A stretch of 64,000 nt of DNA from an uncultured delta proteobacterium. Lineage in GTDB: Bacteria; Myxococcota_A; Polyangia; Polyangiales; Polyangiaceae. The stretch is taken from the NCBI GenBank assembly GCA_963841435.1, contig CAWJCS010000003.1:800001-864000 (forward strand), written 5' to 3'. The position numbers and the translations under genes are program-made. The stretch's first letter is position 1; every line of letters starts with the position of its first letter. A model generated the notes under the pieces. That model was not told the DNA's origin. It worked only from the letters and a program-made list of their open reading frames with translations, and ran no database searches. Shown piece after piece: positions 53,319 through 63,879 of the stretch.

Positions 53319-53966
53319 TCAGCTCGGACGCGGCCGCGCGGCCGCTGCGAGGTCGCGGCGCGCCTCTTCTGCGGTGCGGCGCGGCCCGTACGAGGGCGTG
53401 CTCGGTTGGATGCGCCAGCTCTCCGCGAGAGGACCGAAGTCGACGGTGTCGAAACCGAACTGATCGATGAGGGCGGCGACGGTCCGCTTGGCGTCTACGT
53501 CATCGCCGCCGATGATGAAGGCGCGCCGGTTGGGGGTACCGGGTGGCGTGCCATCCGTCGTGAGCTGCGCGGCGTAGACGTGGTTGAACGCCTTGACGAC
53601 TTTCGAGGTGGGAAGGTGACGTTGGAGAAGCTCCGACGAAGTCGCTTCCTCACGGTCGAGCTCGGAAATGTGGCCGTCGCGATTCGGGTAGTAGTTGTTG
53701 GTATCGATGACGATCTTACCGGCGAGCGGGTCGACCGGCACGGTCCGAATGGCCTGGAGGGGGATGGTGACGACGACGATGTCGCCGAGACGCGCCGCTT
53801 CGACGGGTGTGGCCGCGCGAGCCTTGGGCCCGAGCTCCGCGACGAGCGCGGCGAGCGTTTCCGGGCCCCGCGAGTTGCTGAGCACGACATCGTAGCCCTG
53901 CGCGACGGCGAGGCGCGCGAGCTGGCTGCCGATGCGACCCGCGCCGATGAGTCCCAGAGTTTTCAT
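53319..53966 (-). CDS. NADP oxidoreductase, F420-dependent family (FNO-like)
   Basis: GLIGAGRIG, SNSRGPETL, IDTNNYYP, VVKAFN, GFDTVDFGPLAES. Confidence 0.9.
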   Translation of the reverse strand: MKTLGLIGAGRIGSQLARLAVAQGYDVVLSNSRGPETLAALVAELGPKARAATPVEAARLGDIVVVTIPLQAIRTVPVDPLAGKIVIDTNNYYPNRDGHISELDREEATSSELLQRHLPTSKVVKAFNHVYAAQLTTDGTPPGTPNRRAFIIGGDDVDAKRTVAALIDQFGFDTVDFGPLAESWRIQPSTPSYGPRRTAEEARRDLAAAARPRPS

Positions 53967-54262
53967 GGGAGATACGTGGGGGCGTGGCACTCCCGGCGCA
54001 AGTCGGGCCAATGAACGAGCGCCCCGTTCGATGACGATGGAAACGCGGGGTGCGGCCCGCACCGCGGAGTGGATGTAGGGAATGTGTACGACGCGCGGGC
54101 GCTCGCTGCGGTGATCGCCCGGCCTCACTCGTTGCCGCGTTCGCTGGACGCGTTGCCGCGCTCGGCGTGCATGTCGTTCGGCATCTCACAGAGGCACACA
54201 GACGACGACGACGGCGAACTGAAGGTGTGACCCGGAGGGGAAGCTGCTATGTTTGGGGTTTG

Positions 54263-56104
54263 ATGAAGACCGTCGATGAGACCGACGCGGGTGGGCGTCG
54301 GGTGGGCAGGTACGCTATCTACGGCGAGCTTGCGTCCGGCGGCATGGGAACTGTTTACCTTGGCTGTCTGCTCGGAGCGGCGGGGTTCACGAAGACCGTC
54401 GCGATCAAACGCCCACACGATCACCTGGCGAGCGAGCCCGAGTTCATCAGCATGCTGATCGACGAGGCCAAGCTCGTCTCGTCGATTCACCACCCGAACG
54501 TCGTCGGGGCGGTCAACGTGGTCTACGAGGCCGACGAGTTTTTGATCGTGATGGACTACATCGAGGGCGAAACGCTCGGCAGGCTGCTTTCGAACCTGCG
54601 CTCGAACCCCTCGGGGTCGCCGCCCGGCCCGGCCGTGTTCTCGCGGATGTTGTTCGACGCGCTTTCGGGGCTCCACGCGGCCCACACCGCCAAAACGCAC
54701 ACGGGCGCGGCTCTCAACATCGTGCATCGCAACGTCTCGCCCGAGAACATCATGGTCGGCGTCAACGGCATCTCGCGCGTCCTCGACTTCGGAATCGCCA
54801 AGGCCGAGCAAAGCCGAAACAGCACACGGCCGGGGCGCGTCAGGGGGAAGTTCGCGTACATGTCGCCGGAGCAGGTACGCGGCAAACCGGTGGACGCTCG
54901 CGCCGACGTATTCGCGGCGGGCGTCGTGCTCTGGGAGTGCCTGACGATGCGCCGCCTGTTCGCGAGCGACGAAGCGCAGTCCTCGTTCGAGAAGGTGCTC
55001 TCCCTGCCGATCCAGCCACCGAGCGCCTTCGACCCGACGCTCGCGCCCGAGGTCAATCGCGTCGTGATGCGGGCGCTCGCGCGCAATCGGGACGAGCGCT
55101 ACCGCTCTGCAGCGGAGTTCGCCGAGGCCTTGCAGACGACCATCGAGCCCGCGAGCCCCTTCGCCGTGGGACGTTGGGTCGCGGAGAGAGCCAGAGGCAC
55201 GCTCGCCAGGCGCGGCCACCTGCTTCGTGAGGTGGAGGCGACCACCATGAACGACTCGCCCGCCCTCTATACGGAGCGCGGCGGGGCCACCGTCACCGCA
55301 CCCGTTCGGCCACCGGTCGAGCCTGCCTCGCTGTCATCGGACCCCCAGTTCGGCGGCGTTCCAACGGTTTCAATCGGGCCGATCCCGGACATCGGCCCGA
55401 CCCCGGACAGCGGGCCACCCCCGGATATCGGACCCCTCCCAGGTATCGGACCCCTCCCAGGTATCGGACCCCTCCCAGGTATCGGACCCCTCCCAGGTAT
55501 CGGACCCCTCCCAGGTGTCGGGCCCATCGCACAACGACGAGCAAAGTCCCGCTCGCGCACGGTTTTGCTCCTGGCTGCGGCCGCGACGCTCGCCGGATGC
55601 TTGCTCGCGGGCTTCAGGTCCTGGTCGTCCCCGTCGAGCGTCCCGCCCGAAAGCATGGCCCAAACGCGGGTGCTCGGTGCCGTGAACGACCTGCGATTGG
55701 GAAAATCGACGCTGACCGACCCGAGCAGCGATTCGGTGCTCGCTGCCGATGCCGTTTCGTTCGACGCGCTGAAAACCGCTGCGTCCACGCCGAGCGATCG
55801 CCGCGAAACCGACACCGAGGCCGCGCCCGTCTTCACGCCATCGGAGCTCGGGCCAGCGACGAACGAGCCCGCGACTCCGTCGCGACCGAAAGGCGCCACC
55901 GAGGTCGATCGCCAGCGATCGCCGACGCGTGCCGAACCGGCTTCGACGACCGTTGTGTCCCTGGAGGAGACGGGCAGCGCGCAATCTCCAGCGCTTTCCG
56001 GCGTCGTGGCGGCCCCTGCACCGGCGCCCGCTGCGTCGTGCGACCCCCCCTATTGGATCGACGACCGCGGGATCCGTCGCGTTCGGCGAGAGTGTCTCCG
56101 ATGA
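54263..56104 (+). CDS. Membrane Ser/Thr protein kinase, probable pseudokinase (HRD to HRN)
   Basis: GGMGTVY, VAIKR, HPNVV, HRNVSPEN, LDFGIAK, YMSPEQ, DVFAAG; TM; C-terminal CDPPYWID.RG. Confidence 0.9.
   Translation: MKTVDETDAGGRRVGRYAIYGELASGGMGTVYLGCLLGAAGFTKTVAIKRPHDHLASEPEFISMLIDEAKLVSSIHHPNVVGAVNVVYEADEFLIVMDYIEGETLGRLLSNLRSNPSGSPPGPAVFSRMLFDALSGLHAAHTAKTHTGAALNIVHRNVSPENIMVGVNGISRVLDFGIAKAEQSRNSTRPGRVRGKFAYMSPEQVRGKPVDARADVFAAGVVLWECLTMRRLFASDEAQSSFEKVLSLPIQPPSAFDPTLAPEVNRVVMRALARNRDERYRSAAEFAEALQTTIEPASPFAVGRWVAERARGTLARRGHLLREVEATTMNDSPALYTERGGATVTAPVRPPVEPASLSSDPQFGGVPTVSIGPIPDIGPTPDSGPPPDIGPLPGIGPLPGIGPLPGIGPLPGIGPLPGVGPIAQRRAKSRSRTVLLLAAAATLAGCLLAGFRSWSSPSSVPPESMAQTRVLGAVNDLRLGKSTLTDPSSDSVLAADAVSFDALKTAASTPSDRRETDTEAAPVFTPSELGPATNEPATPSRPKGATEVDRQRSPTRAEPASTTVVSLEETGSAQSPALSGVVAAPAPAPAASCDPPYWIDDRGIRRVRRECLR
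55427..55516 (+). repeat. 18-bp tandem repeat, 5 exact copies (IGPLPG)
   Basis: ATCGGACCCCTCCCAGGT x5, preceded by three degenerate units from about 55373. Confidence 0.95.
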
Positions 56105-57045
56105 GCAAGCCCGTCTTCACGAAAGCCACCCTGTCGGCGTGGATCCGGCCTCGGCGAGGCGGAGCCCACACGAAAGGTTTGGCCGCGATGGCCGCGCTGC
56201 TCGGCGTGGTCGGTCAGCCGCGGGAGGCAGCCGCCGAAACGACGACCGCAACGCCGACGGCCCGTGCGTCCGACCCCGTCACGCGGTGCATCGACGCCTA
56301 CGAAGGGGGCCAGGAGGCGCGCGTCAGTGGCGCCCTGCTCGACGCACGCGAGCGCTTCTCGGAATGTACTTCGCCCGCCTGCCCTGCCTTCGTCCGCAGT
56401 GACTGCACTCGGTTTCTCGGCGAGGTCGAAGCGGAGATTCCGAGCGTATCGTTCGACGTGATGAGCGAAGGCCACCACCTCGAAGTCGTTCGCATTTCGA
56501 GCGGCTCACGAGTGATCGCGGAGCGCACGGACACGAGCCCCCTGGAGCTCGATCCCGGCAGCTATCGACTGCGCTTCGAGGCGGCCGGGACGCGATCGAT
56601 CACGAAGCCGTTCGTCCTCGTGCGTGGGGAAAAGGAGCGTCGTATTCGCGTCGAGCTTTCGCCCCCGCCCCGCCCGGTACCGGTCGTTGCGGAACGTAGG
56701 GCCCCGGACAAGGCGGCGACAGCCGGTCCCGCGCCCTACATCGTTCTCGGCGTGGGAGCGCTCGGGCTCACGAGCTTCGTGGCACTCGGCGTCGTCGGGC
56801 GCGCCGAGGAGTCCCGACTCGCGCGTACGTGCGCCCCGAGCTGCAGCGAGGCGTCGCTCCGGTCGCTCAAGACCAAGTATCTGCTCGCCGACGGGTCGCT
56901 CGCCGTGGGTGTCACTGGCATCCTGTTCGGGGGGTACCTACTCTTTACGTCCGGCAACCGGCCGAGCACGACCGCCCGAGCCTTCCCGGTGCGGCTCGCG
57001 GTGAGCACGAGCGGGGCCTCGGCGAGCGTGAGGAGGGACTTTTGA
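56101..57045 (+). CDS. Exported PEGA-like protein typical of myxobacterial kinase cassettes
   Basis: CIDAYE.GQ..C.S..CP..VRSDC, LELDPGSY.LRFEA.G, hydrophobic helices flanking CAP.C; start overlaps kinase stop. Confidence 0.7.
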   Translation: MSKPVFTKATLSAWIRPRRGGAHTKGLAAMAALLGVVGQPREAAAETTTATPTARASDPVTRCIDAYEGGQEARVSGALLDARERFSECTSPACPAFVRSDCTRFLGEVEAEIPSVSFDVMSEGHHLEVVRISSGSRVIAERTDTSPLELDPGSYRLRFEAAGTRSITKPFVLVRGEKERRIRVELSPPPRPVPVVAERRAPDKAATAGPAPYIVLGVGALGLTSFVALGVVGRAEESRLARTCAPSCSEASLRSLKTKYLLADGSLAVGVTGILFGGYLLFTSGNRPSTTARAFPVRLAVSTSGASASVRRDF

Positions 57046-58428
57046 GGAAGGTCGCCCATTTTCTCGTCGCCGCGGCCGCCTGCGCGAGCGGCTGCTCGCT
57101 GCGCTCGCTCGACTATCTGCAAGGCGACGGGACCGAGAACGTCAACGCCGTCCGCGGGCACGAGCGGAAGCGGCGCAGCCGGCGGCGGGGCCGGGACCGG
57201 CGGCAGCGATAGAGCGGGCGGCTCGGACGCAAGCGGTGGCAGCGATGCAGCAGGTGGCAGCGGTAGTGCGGGCGGATCCAATCCGACGGGTGGAACGGGC
57301 GGTATCCTCGGTGCGGGCGGCACGGACTCGGCGGGGGGGCGGGGCGCGACCGGCGGGTCCGATGCAACCGGGGGTGCCGGCGCTGCGGGCGGCGCAAGCG
57401 GCGCGGGCAGTGGAGCCGGTGCCGGTGGCTCGGCGGCCGGCGGAGCCGCCGGCTCGACGCAGGGTGGCACCGCGGGGATGCCCGCAGGTGCCGGCGGTAT
57501 CGGGACGGGAGGGTCGAGCAGTGGCGGCGCTGGCACCGGAGGGAGCTCGAGCGTCTGCGGGGGTCTCGACCCTTGCCCCCTTCAGAACGAGGTCCCCTAT
57601 CAGCTCATCCCTGGCCATGCCCCCTCGATGTGCGTCAACGTGCGCGCGTGGGGCACGGCCGCCGGAGCACGGGCGCAGCAATTTACCAACAAGGGTCAGC
57701 GCAACCAGGTATTTTGGGCCGAGGATCGCGGCTACAGGTATTTTTCTCTGCGTAGCGCGCTCAGCGCGAAGTGCCTGGGTGTCGCCGGTGCGAGCCTCGA
57801 CCCGGGGGCTTTCATCGAGCAAACGGCGTGCACCGGTGACGCGGCGCAGCTCTTTCGACCGGAGGCGGCAGGAGGTCTCGTGCGCCTGGTCGCCCGACAC
57901 TCCGGCCTCGATCTCAACGTCGCCGGCACGGCCTCGACCGCGGCGAGCGCGCTATTGGTTCAGAACCCGGACGACGGCTTGGCCGACTCGACGTGGGACA
58001 TCGTCCCGGCGACCGAGAGCGCGTTCCTCACGCTCAGCGCCGTCGAGCAGGCGGATCTACGCGCTCGCCACGTCGACGCTCGAGTCGTCGTCGAAGCGGC
58101 GACCGGGCCGGACTCCGAATGGAAGTTCGTGAGCGGCCTCGGCAACACTGCGTGCGTGTCGTTCGAATCGAAGGACGAGCCGGGCCACTTCATGCACCAC
58201 GTGGGGAACGACATTCTGAGTGAAAGCCCGACCGGAAACAGCGAATTTCCGCTCGATGCGACGTTCTGTTTCGTCGATCCGCTGCAGGACTTGGGCGCGG
58301 GCTATCGCTCCATCGAGCCCGCGAACGTGAGCGGAAAGTACCTGGCGCGCGTCAACGGTCGGGTCGTGCTCGCGGCTTTCGAGGATACGGACGCCTTCCG
58401 CGCCGCCGCGACCTGGTCGCTGCGCTGA
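57042..58428 (+). pseudogene. Gly-rich lipoprotein with ricin-B lectin and AbfB/CBM42-like domains; frameshift near 57140 (possibly a sequencing error)
   Basis: TTG 57042 gives MRKVAHFLVAAAACASGC lipobox; +1 frame gives Gly/Ser/Ala linker, SAKCLGV..Q..C.G..AQ.F and VSFES..PG.F.HH..DATFC..F...ATW. Confidence 0.75.
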
Positions 58429-58477
58429 CACACGCCGCGCTCGGCGCGAGCTCGAGATGCCATGGATCCCGGCGGCG

Positions 58478-58828
58478 TCACGACGTGAGCCACATGTGCC
58501 CAGCGACGACGACGAGGAAGACCGCGAAGGCGCGCTCGAGCTCGCGGCTCGGCAGCCGGACGCTGAGCTCGGCGCCGAAGTAGGCCCCCAAGAACAACCC
58601 TAGCGCGATGTAGAGGCCCGCCCGAATGTCGATGGCCCCGTGGACCCAGTAGCGATAGGCGCCGAGGGCCCCGACGGGGAGCAATAGCGCGGCGAGCGAC
58701 GTGCCCATCGCCTCCACCGGGCGCATGTGCGCGAGCACCACCAGCGCCGGAACGATGACGATGCCCCCTCCGATGCCGAACAGCCCGGAGAGGATGCCGG
58801 CCACGATACCGATAGCGACGTACTGCAT
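58478..58828 (-). CDS. Half-size TauE/SafE family membrane protein
   Basis: GIVAGILSGLFGIGGGIVIVPAL, GTSLA; 116 aa. Confidence 0.85.
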   Translation of the reverse strand: MQYVAIGIVAGILSGLFGIGGGIVIVPALVVLAHMRPVEAMGTSLAALLLPVGALGAYRYWVHGAIDIRAGLYIALGLFLGAYFGAELSVRLPSRELERAFAVFLVVVAGHMWLTS

Positions 58829-58901
58829 GAAAGGTTCCTTCCCGTGCAAAGCTTAACGCCTCACGCTTGACCGCTCTCGAGCAGGGTGCCACCGTCGGTT
58901 C

Positions 58902-59198
58902 GTGATCGTCGAAATCGCGATTCTGACGGCCAAAGTGGGTGCCACGGACGACCTCCGCGAGGGGCTGCGGGCGGCTCGCCCCGTCATCGCGCGGGCGCCA
59001 GGCTACCTCGGCAGCGCCTTTCACCAGGGCATCGAGGAACCGAATTCGTTCATTCTGCGCATCGAATGGGAATCGCTCGACGCGCACATGCAGGGCTTTC
59101 GCCAGAGCCCGCTGCTCGCCGAGTGGCGCAGCCACTTCTATCACCTGCTCGACGGAAATCCGAAGGTGACCCACTACGAGGTCATCGCCGGTCCTTGA
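58902..59198 (+). CDS. Antibiotic biosynthesis monooxygenase (ABM) family protein
   Basis: I.EIA..APGY..IEEP..F.L.IEWESLDAH.QGFRQS. Confidence 0.85.
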   Translation: MIVEIAILTAKVGATDDLREGLRAARPVIARAPGYLGSAFHQGIEEPNSFILRIEWESLDAHMQGFRQSPLLAEWRSHFYHLLDGNPKVTHYEVIAGP

Positions 59199-59267
59199 GC
59201 CCGGACGCTCCGGCGGGTTGCTCTTCCGAGAGCGCCGCTGCGCGTGCCAGCGGCCAGCGCGCCTGGG

Positions 59268-59966
59268 TCACGGCTTGAAGCGATAGCCCACGCCGCGCAC
59301 CGTCACGATGTGCCGAGGGTCGGCGGGATCGCTCTCGAGCTTCGAGCGAAGCTGGAGCACGAAGTTGTCGATGGTACGCAGCGTGACGTGGTGCCCCGGG
59401 CCCCAGACGGCCGTGAGCACTTCTTCGCGTGTGAGGGCGCGGTTCGAGGCTTCGATGAGGCACCAGAGCACGTCGAACTCGGTGGCCGTGAGCTCGACGA
59501 GCGCGCCGTCGCGCCGCACCTCGCGCGTACCGGGATCGACCTCGAGCGCGCCCGTGCGCACGATCTTCTGCCCGCGCTGCCGCACGATGCCGTCGCGTCG
59601 CAAGACGGCTTTCACTCGCGCGAGAAGCTCGGCGAGCCCGAAGGGCTTGGTGATGTAGTCCTCGGCGCCGAGCTCGAGGCCCATCACTTTGTCCATCTCC
59701 TCGCCTCGAGCGCTCAGCATGATGACGGGGATCGTCGTTCCCTCGGCGCGGAGGGCCCGCACCACCTCGAAGCCATTCTTCTTCGGCAGCATGACGTCGA
59801 GCACGACGAGGTCGAAGGGCTCGGAGCGAGCGCGCTCGAGGCCCTCCTCGCCGTCGTTCGCCACGGTGACGGAGTAGCCCTCCGCTTCGAGGTTCATTTG
59901 TAGGCCGAGCGTGATGCTCTCGTCGTCCTCGACGACCAAGATGCTGGGGTGGTGCTCGCCGGACAT
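59268..59966 (-). CDS. OmpR/PhoB-family response regulator
   Basis: LVVEDD, LDVMLP, GAEDYITKPF, LTATEF, TVRGVGYRF. Confidence 0.95.
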   Translation of the reverse strand: MSGEHHPSILVVEDDESITLGLQMNLEAEGYSVTVANDGEEGLERARSEPFDLVVLDVMLPKKNGFEVVRALRAEGTTIPVIMLSARGEEMDKVMGLELGAEDYITKPFGLAELLARVKAVLRRDGIVRQRGQKIVRTGALEVDPGTREVRRDGALVELTATEFDVLWCLIEASNRALTREEVLTAVWGPGHHVTLRTIDNFVLQLRSKLESDPADPRHIVTVRGVGYRFKP

Positions 59967-59975
59967 GTCCGCTGT

Positions 59976-60944
59976 TCAGGCGAGTGTCGACGGCGCGACG
60001 CTCTCGTGGGAGCGCAGAGGCTCGGACTTTGGCGCTGCGGCCGCGGGCAGTACCAGTGAAAACAGGCTGCCTTTGCCGGGATCGCTCACGAGCTCGACGC
60101 GTCCACGATGGGCCCGCATCACGTGTTTGACGATCGCCAAGCCGAGACCCGAGCCTTCGCGCTGGCGTGAAAGGCGATCGTCGAGGCGGTAGAATTTCTG
60201 GAAGATGCGCTTGTGCTCCGTGCTGGGAATGCCGGGGCCGTTGTCGCGCACGGAAACGCTCGCCTCGCGCCCGTCGGCGCCCCAGCCTACTTCGATCTCG
60301 GCGGGGTCGCCGCCGTACTTGTAGGCGTTGGTGAGCAGATTCAAGAGAGCGTCGGTCATGGCGCCGCGGTCGGCGTGCACGAGCAGCGATTCGGGAGGCA
60401 GCGCCACCTTGAGCGCGATCTGCCGGCGCTCGCGCACGGGCTCGAACGCCTCGAGCGCGGCGACGACGATCGAGCGAAGGTCGGTGTCTTTGAGCGTGAA
60501 CTCGCGCCCACCGCTCTCCATGCGACCCCAGTCGAGCAAACGATCGATGAGCTCCTGCAGGCGCGTGCTCTCGCGCGAAAGTCCCTGGATGCACTTCTCG
60601 TCAACCTTGGGGTCGCCACGGTGCATGGCGAGCGTCTCGGCGAACAGGCGAATCGACGTGAGCGGCGTGCGAAGCTCGTGCGAGACCTTGGAAACGAAGT
60701 CGCTCTGCAACCGAGATAGGTTCGCCTCGCGCCGCACGAACACCCACACGAGCACGACGCCCGTGACCGCGGCGCCGCTCAGCGCGAGCACGAGAATGCC
60801 CATGAGCACGTTCCAGGCGGCTTCGCCGATGAACAGGAGCACCACGCCCAGCGCGAGCAAGAGCGACGTGGGCACGACCACCAGCGTGAGCAGCAGGATC
60901 ACGATACGGCGGTAGCCGTGCGCGGAGAGGTCACGAGAGGGCAT
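59976..60944 (-). CDS. Two-TM sensor histidine kinase with almost no periplasmic loop
   Basis: VSHELRTPLTSI, NLLTNAYKY, DNGPGI, GSGLGL. Confidence 0.93.
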   Translation of the reverse strand: MPSRDLSAHGYRRIVILLLTLVVVPTSLLLALGVVLLFIGEAAWNVLMGILVLALSGAAVTGVVLVWVFVRREANLSRLQSDFVSKVSHELRTPLTSIRLFAETLAMHRGDPKVDEKCIQGLSRESTRLQELIDRLLDWGRMESGGREFTLKDTDLRSIVVAALEAFEPVRERRQIALKVALPPESLLVHADRGAMTDALLNLLTNAYKYGGDPAEIEVGWGADGREASVSVRDNGPGIPSTEHKRIFQKFYRLDDRLSRQREGSGLGLAIVKHVMRAHRGRVELVSDPGKGSLFSLVLPAAAAPKSEPLRSHESVAPSTLA

Positions 60945-60993
60945 CGACCGGCGACTCTTCGGCCCATTGTGCCAAAAAGCCGACCGGGTGCAC

Positions 60994-63007
60994 TCAGCCT
61001 CCGAGCTCGATGAGCGCCCGCAGGGCCTCGGCGACGGCCGTGGCCTGGGCCGGGCTGCCCCGGGGCCGAAACGGAGGGTCGCCGTCCGAGAGCTGGGGCA
61101 GGTGCCCGAGCAAGGGCGCCTGGTCCACCGCTTGCTCGAATCCGCCGCACGAGCTCCTCACGCCCCTCGGGCTCGTCACCCCAGTGCTGGCGAGCCGCGC
61201 GGGCGTACGAGCCGAGTAGGTGCGTCCAGCTCGTGCCCTGGTGATACGCGGTCTCGCGCTCCTCGGTGCTGCCCCCGAAGTGGCCGACGTAGCGCCGATC
61301 GTTCGGCGCGAGGCTGCGGACCCCCGCGGGCGTGAGCAGCTCGGCGCGCGCGCGCTGCAGGATGGTCTCCGCCTGCCAGGTTTCGAACAGCGTCGGATCG
61401 GTGGCGAGCGCAATCAGCGCGTTCGGGCGAATGCTCGCGTCGGCCCACGCGTCGGCGCGGTCGCGTGCCTCGCTCAGGCAATCGTAGGGATACTCGGTGT
61501 CGCTGCACCAGAAGCGCGCGCGGAAGGCGCTGCGTGCCTGCGCGGCCGACTGCGTCGCGCGGGCCGACAGCGCCAGGTGACCGTAGAAGCTCGCGAGCGT
61601 CGCGAGCGTGTCGCAAGCGCGGGTCCAGAGCGCCTGGTGCTCGATGGCGATACCGGCGCGCTGGGTCACGGGCTGCCCTGCGAACGCGGCGTCCATCCAC
61701 GTGAGCGCAAGGCCGGTGGCGTCGGTGACGAGCAAGCCGTCCGCTGCACGCCAGACCCAGCGCCGTCGCCGCGAGCCGAGACGCAGGAACGCACGCGCCA
61801 GCGCCGGGAAGAGCTTGCGTCGGATGAAGGGCTCCTGCGGGTCGCTGCGCGCGAGCAGAAGCCGCGCCGCCTCGAACAACCAGAGCGTGGCATCGGGGCA
61901 CGGTCGAGCCCGGGGGCTACCGCGCGGCGTGACGACGCCCGGCAGGAGGCCGAAGCGCTGGCGCTCGACGACGGTGCCGAGCACGCGCTCCGCGCGCCCG
62001 GTGTGCCCGCGAAGCAGCAAAAGGCCCGGCAACGCCACGAGCAGATCGCGCACGTGCAGGGCGTGCGCCGGGTAACCCGCCGCGATGACGGGCGGCGCCA
62101 CACCGTCGAGGCAAAACTGCTCCGCCGCGATCGAGAGCACGCGCACGGCCGACGAGCGCGTCGGCCCCGGATCCTGACGGCGCAAAAACTCGATGGTTTC
62201 GGCGACAACGTCGGCCGGAGCCCGGCCGAGCGGCGCGCCGACCGAGCAGGCAACATAGGCCGTCTTACCGGGCTCGAGCGCGAGCTCGAACGTGCCCGGC
62301 GTCCAGATGTCTTCCTGGAACTCGAGCCCCTCGGCGCGGTCCCCGAGGTACTCGAATTTGCGCCACCAGTCGGGCGATCCCATGAACACACCCTCGTGCG
62401 TGAAGTGGATCGAGGGCAAATGCACGATCGGACGAAGCTCCACCGACCCCGGGCGCAGCGTCACGACCTGCATCATGCCGCCGTGCTCTTTCACGAGGGC
62501 GTCGATGGGCCTGAGCGGCATCAGCGGCCGGAGGGCTAGCCGCGCCGGGGTGCGGCCGTACCAGGTGTAGGCCAGCACCGCAGCGTTCTTGCGGCGCTCG
62601 AGGCAGAACGTACGCTCGAGGGTGTGCTGGCCCAGCCGGAAGGTCCAGCGCGGGATGGGATCGAGCGCGAAGTACTCGATCAGCCGGTAGCCGAGCGTCG
62701 GGGCGACGTTCGGGAACTGGTGGGTAGCGAGCCGGTAGGTGCGGCGATCGTCCTCCACGGTGAGGCTCGTGTCGGCGTGCCCGATGATCGCGTAGCGGCC
62801 GAGCGGCGGCTCGAGCGCGGCGACGAACGCGGCGTGGTAGCGCCGCGTGTGGAGCAGCGGCACCGTGCTCATCGAGTAAGCGCCGGCGCCGTTGGTGTGC
62901 AGCCATTCGCGCTCCAACGGCGCGAGCTCGCCGAGCGTCGGCACCACGGGCCAAGGTCCGCCGCGCGACGCCCGCCACTCCGTCCGCTCCCGCTCGCGGC
63001 CCTTCAC
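60994..63007 (-). pseudogene. Amylo-alpha-1,6-glucosidase (glycogen debranching family); frameshift near 61140 (possibly a sequencing error)
   Basis: EWLHTNGAGAY..TRRYH, AGYP, DATLW, LTWMDA, IRPN, G.RSLAP, AYHQGT; correct C-terminus (G..P..DGD.P..PRG..AQA) lies in the frame ending at 60994. Confidence 0.85.
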
Positions 63008-63879
63008 ACTGCCCTCGCGGCGAGCGCTTGCACTGCGGCCTCTTGCATCGCGGCGCGGGGCGCGGGGCGCCCGAACCAAAGCTCGAACGCGAGCGCAGCC
63101 TGCCCGACGAGCATGCCGAGCCCGCCGCTCGCCGTGAGACCCGCCGCGCGAGCGCGGCTCAGAAACGGCGTTTGCGCGGGGTTGTAGACGAGATCGTAGA
63201 CCCGGACGCCTCGCCGCAAGCGTTCCCAGGGCACGATGCGCGCCACGTCTTCGCCCGCGCCGGCGCCGTGCATCCCCGCGCTCGTCGCCTGGATGAGCAC
63301 GCTGGCATGCGAGGCGAAGGCACCGAGCGCCCCCACGCCGTCCCCCCACGAGAGCAGCTCGGCGCCGAGCCGCACGAGCACTGTCGCATTCGGCCAGGCT
63401 GCCGGGACGAGCGCCGCGTCGAATCGCCGCGCCGAAACGCCGATGGCGGAGGCACCGAGCAATCGCGCCGCGGCGACGGCCGCGAGCGCGGCGCCGCCCG
63501 CTCCGAGCACGAGCGCATCACCTTCCGCGGGCGCGAGCGCCGCGAGCTCGGCGGCGAGCGCCGCGACGTCGGTATTGTGCGCGACGACACGTCCCGCCGC
63601 GTCGCGCACGAGCACGTTCGCCGCGCCGACGGCGGCAGCCGATTCGTGTTGCTCGTCGGCGAGCGAAAGCGCCGTTTGCTTCCAGGGCACGGTCACGTTC
63701 GCGCCGACGAAGCGTCCGTCTCGGACGGCCTGCACGGCCGCGCGCACGGCGGCCTCGTCCGGAGCGTCGACGAGCTCGTACTCGGCGGCGAGACCGACGT
63801 TCGCGTAGGCGGCGCGGTGGATCGCGGGCGAGATCGAGTGCGCAACGGGGTGCCCGATCAAGACGAAGCGCTGGCTCAC
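63004..63879 (-). CDS. aroE: Shikimate dehydrogenase
   Basis: GHPVAHSISPAIH, GANVTVPWK, NTD, GAGGAA, DLVYNP, GLGMLVGQA. Confidence 0.93.
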   Translation of the reverse strand: MSQRFVLIGHPVAHSISPAIHRAAYANVGLAAEYELVDAPDEAAVRAAVQAVRDGRFVGANVTVPWKQTALSLADEQHESAAAVGAANVLVRDAAGRVVAHNTDVAALAAELAALAPAEGDALVLGAGGAALAAVAAARLLGASAIGVSARRFDAALVPAAWPNATVLVRLGAELLSWGDGVGALGAFASHASVLIQATSAGMHGAGAGEDVARIVPWERLRRGVRVYDLVYNPAQTPFLSRARAAGLTASGGLGMLVGQAALAFELWFGRPAPRAAMQEAAVQALAARAV

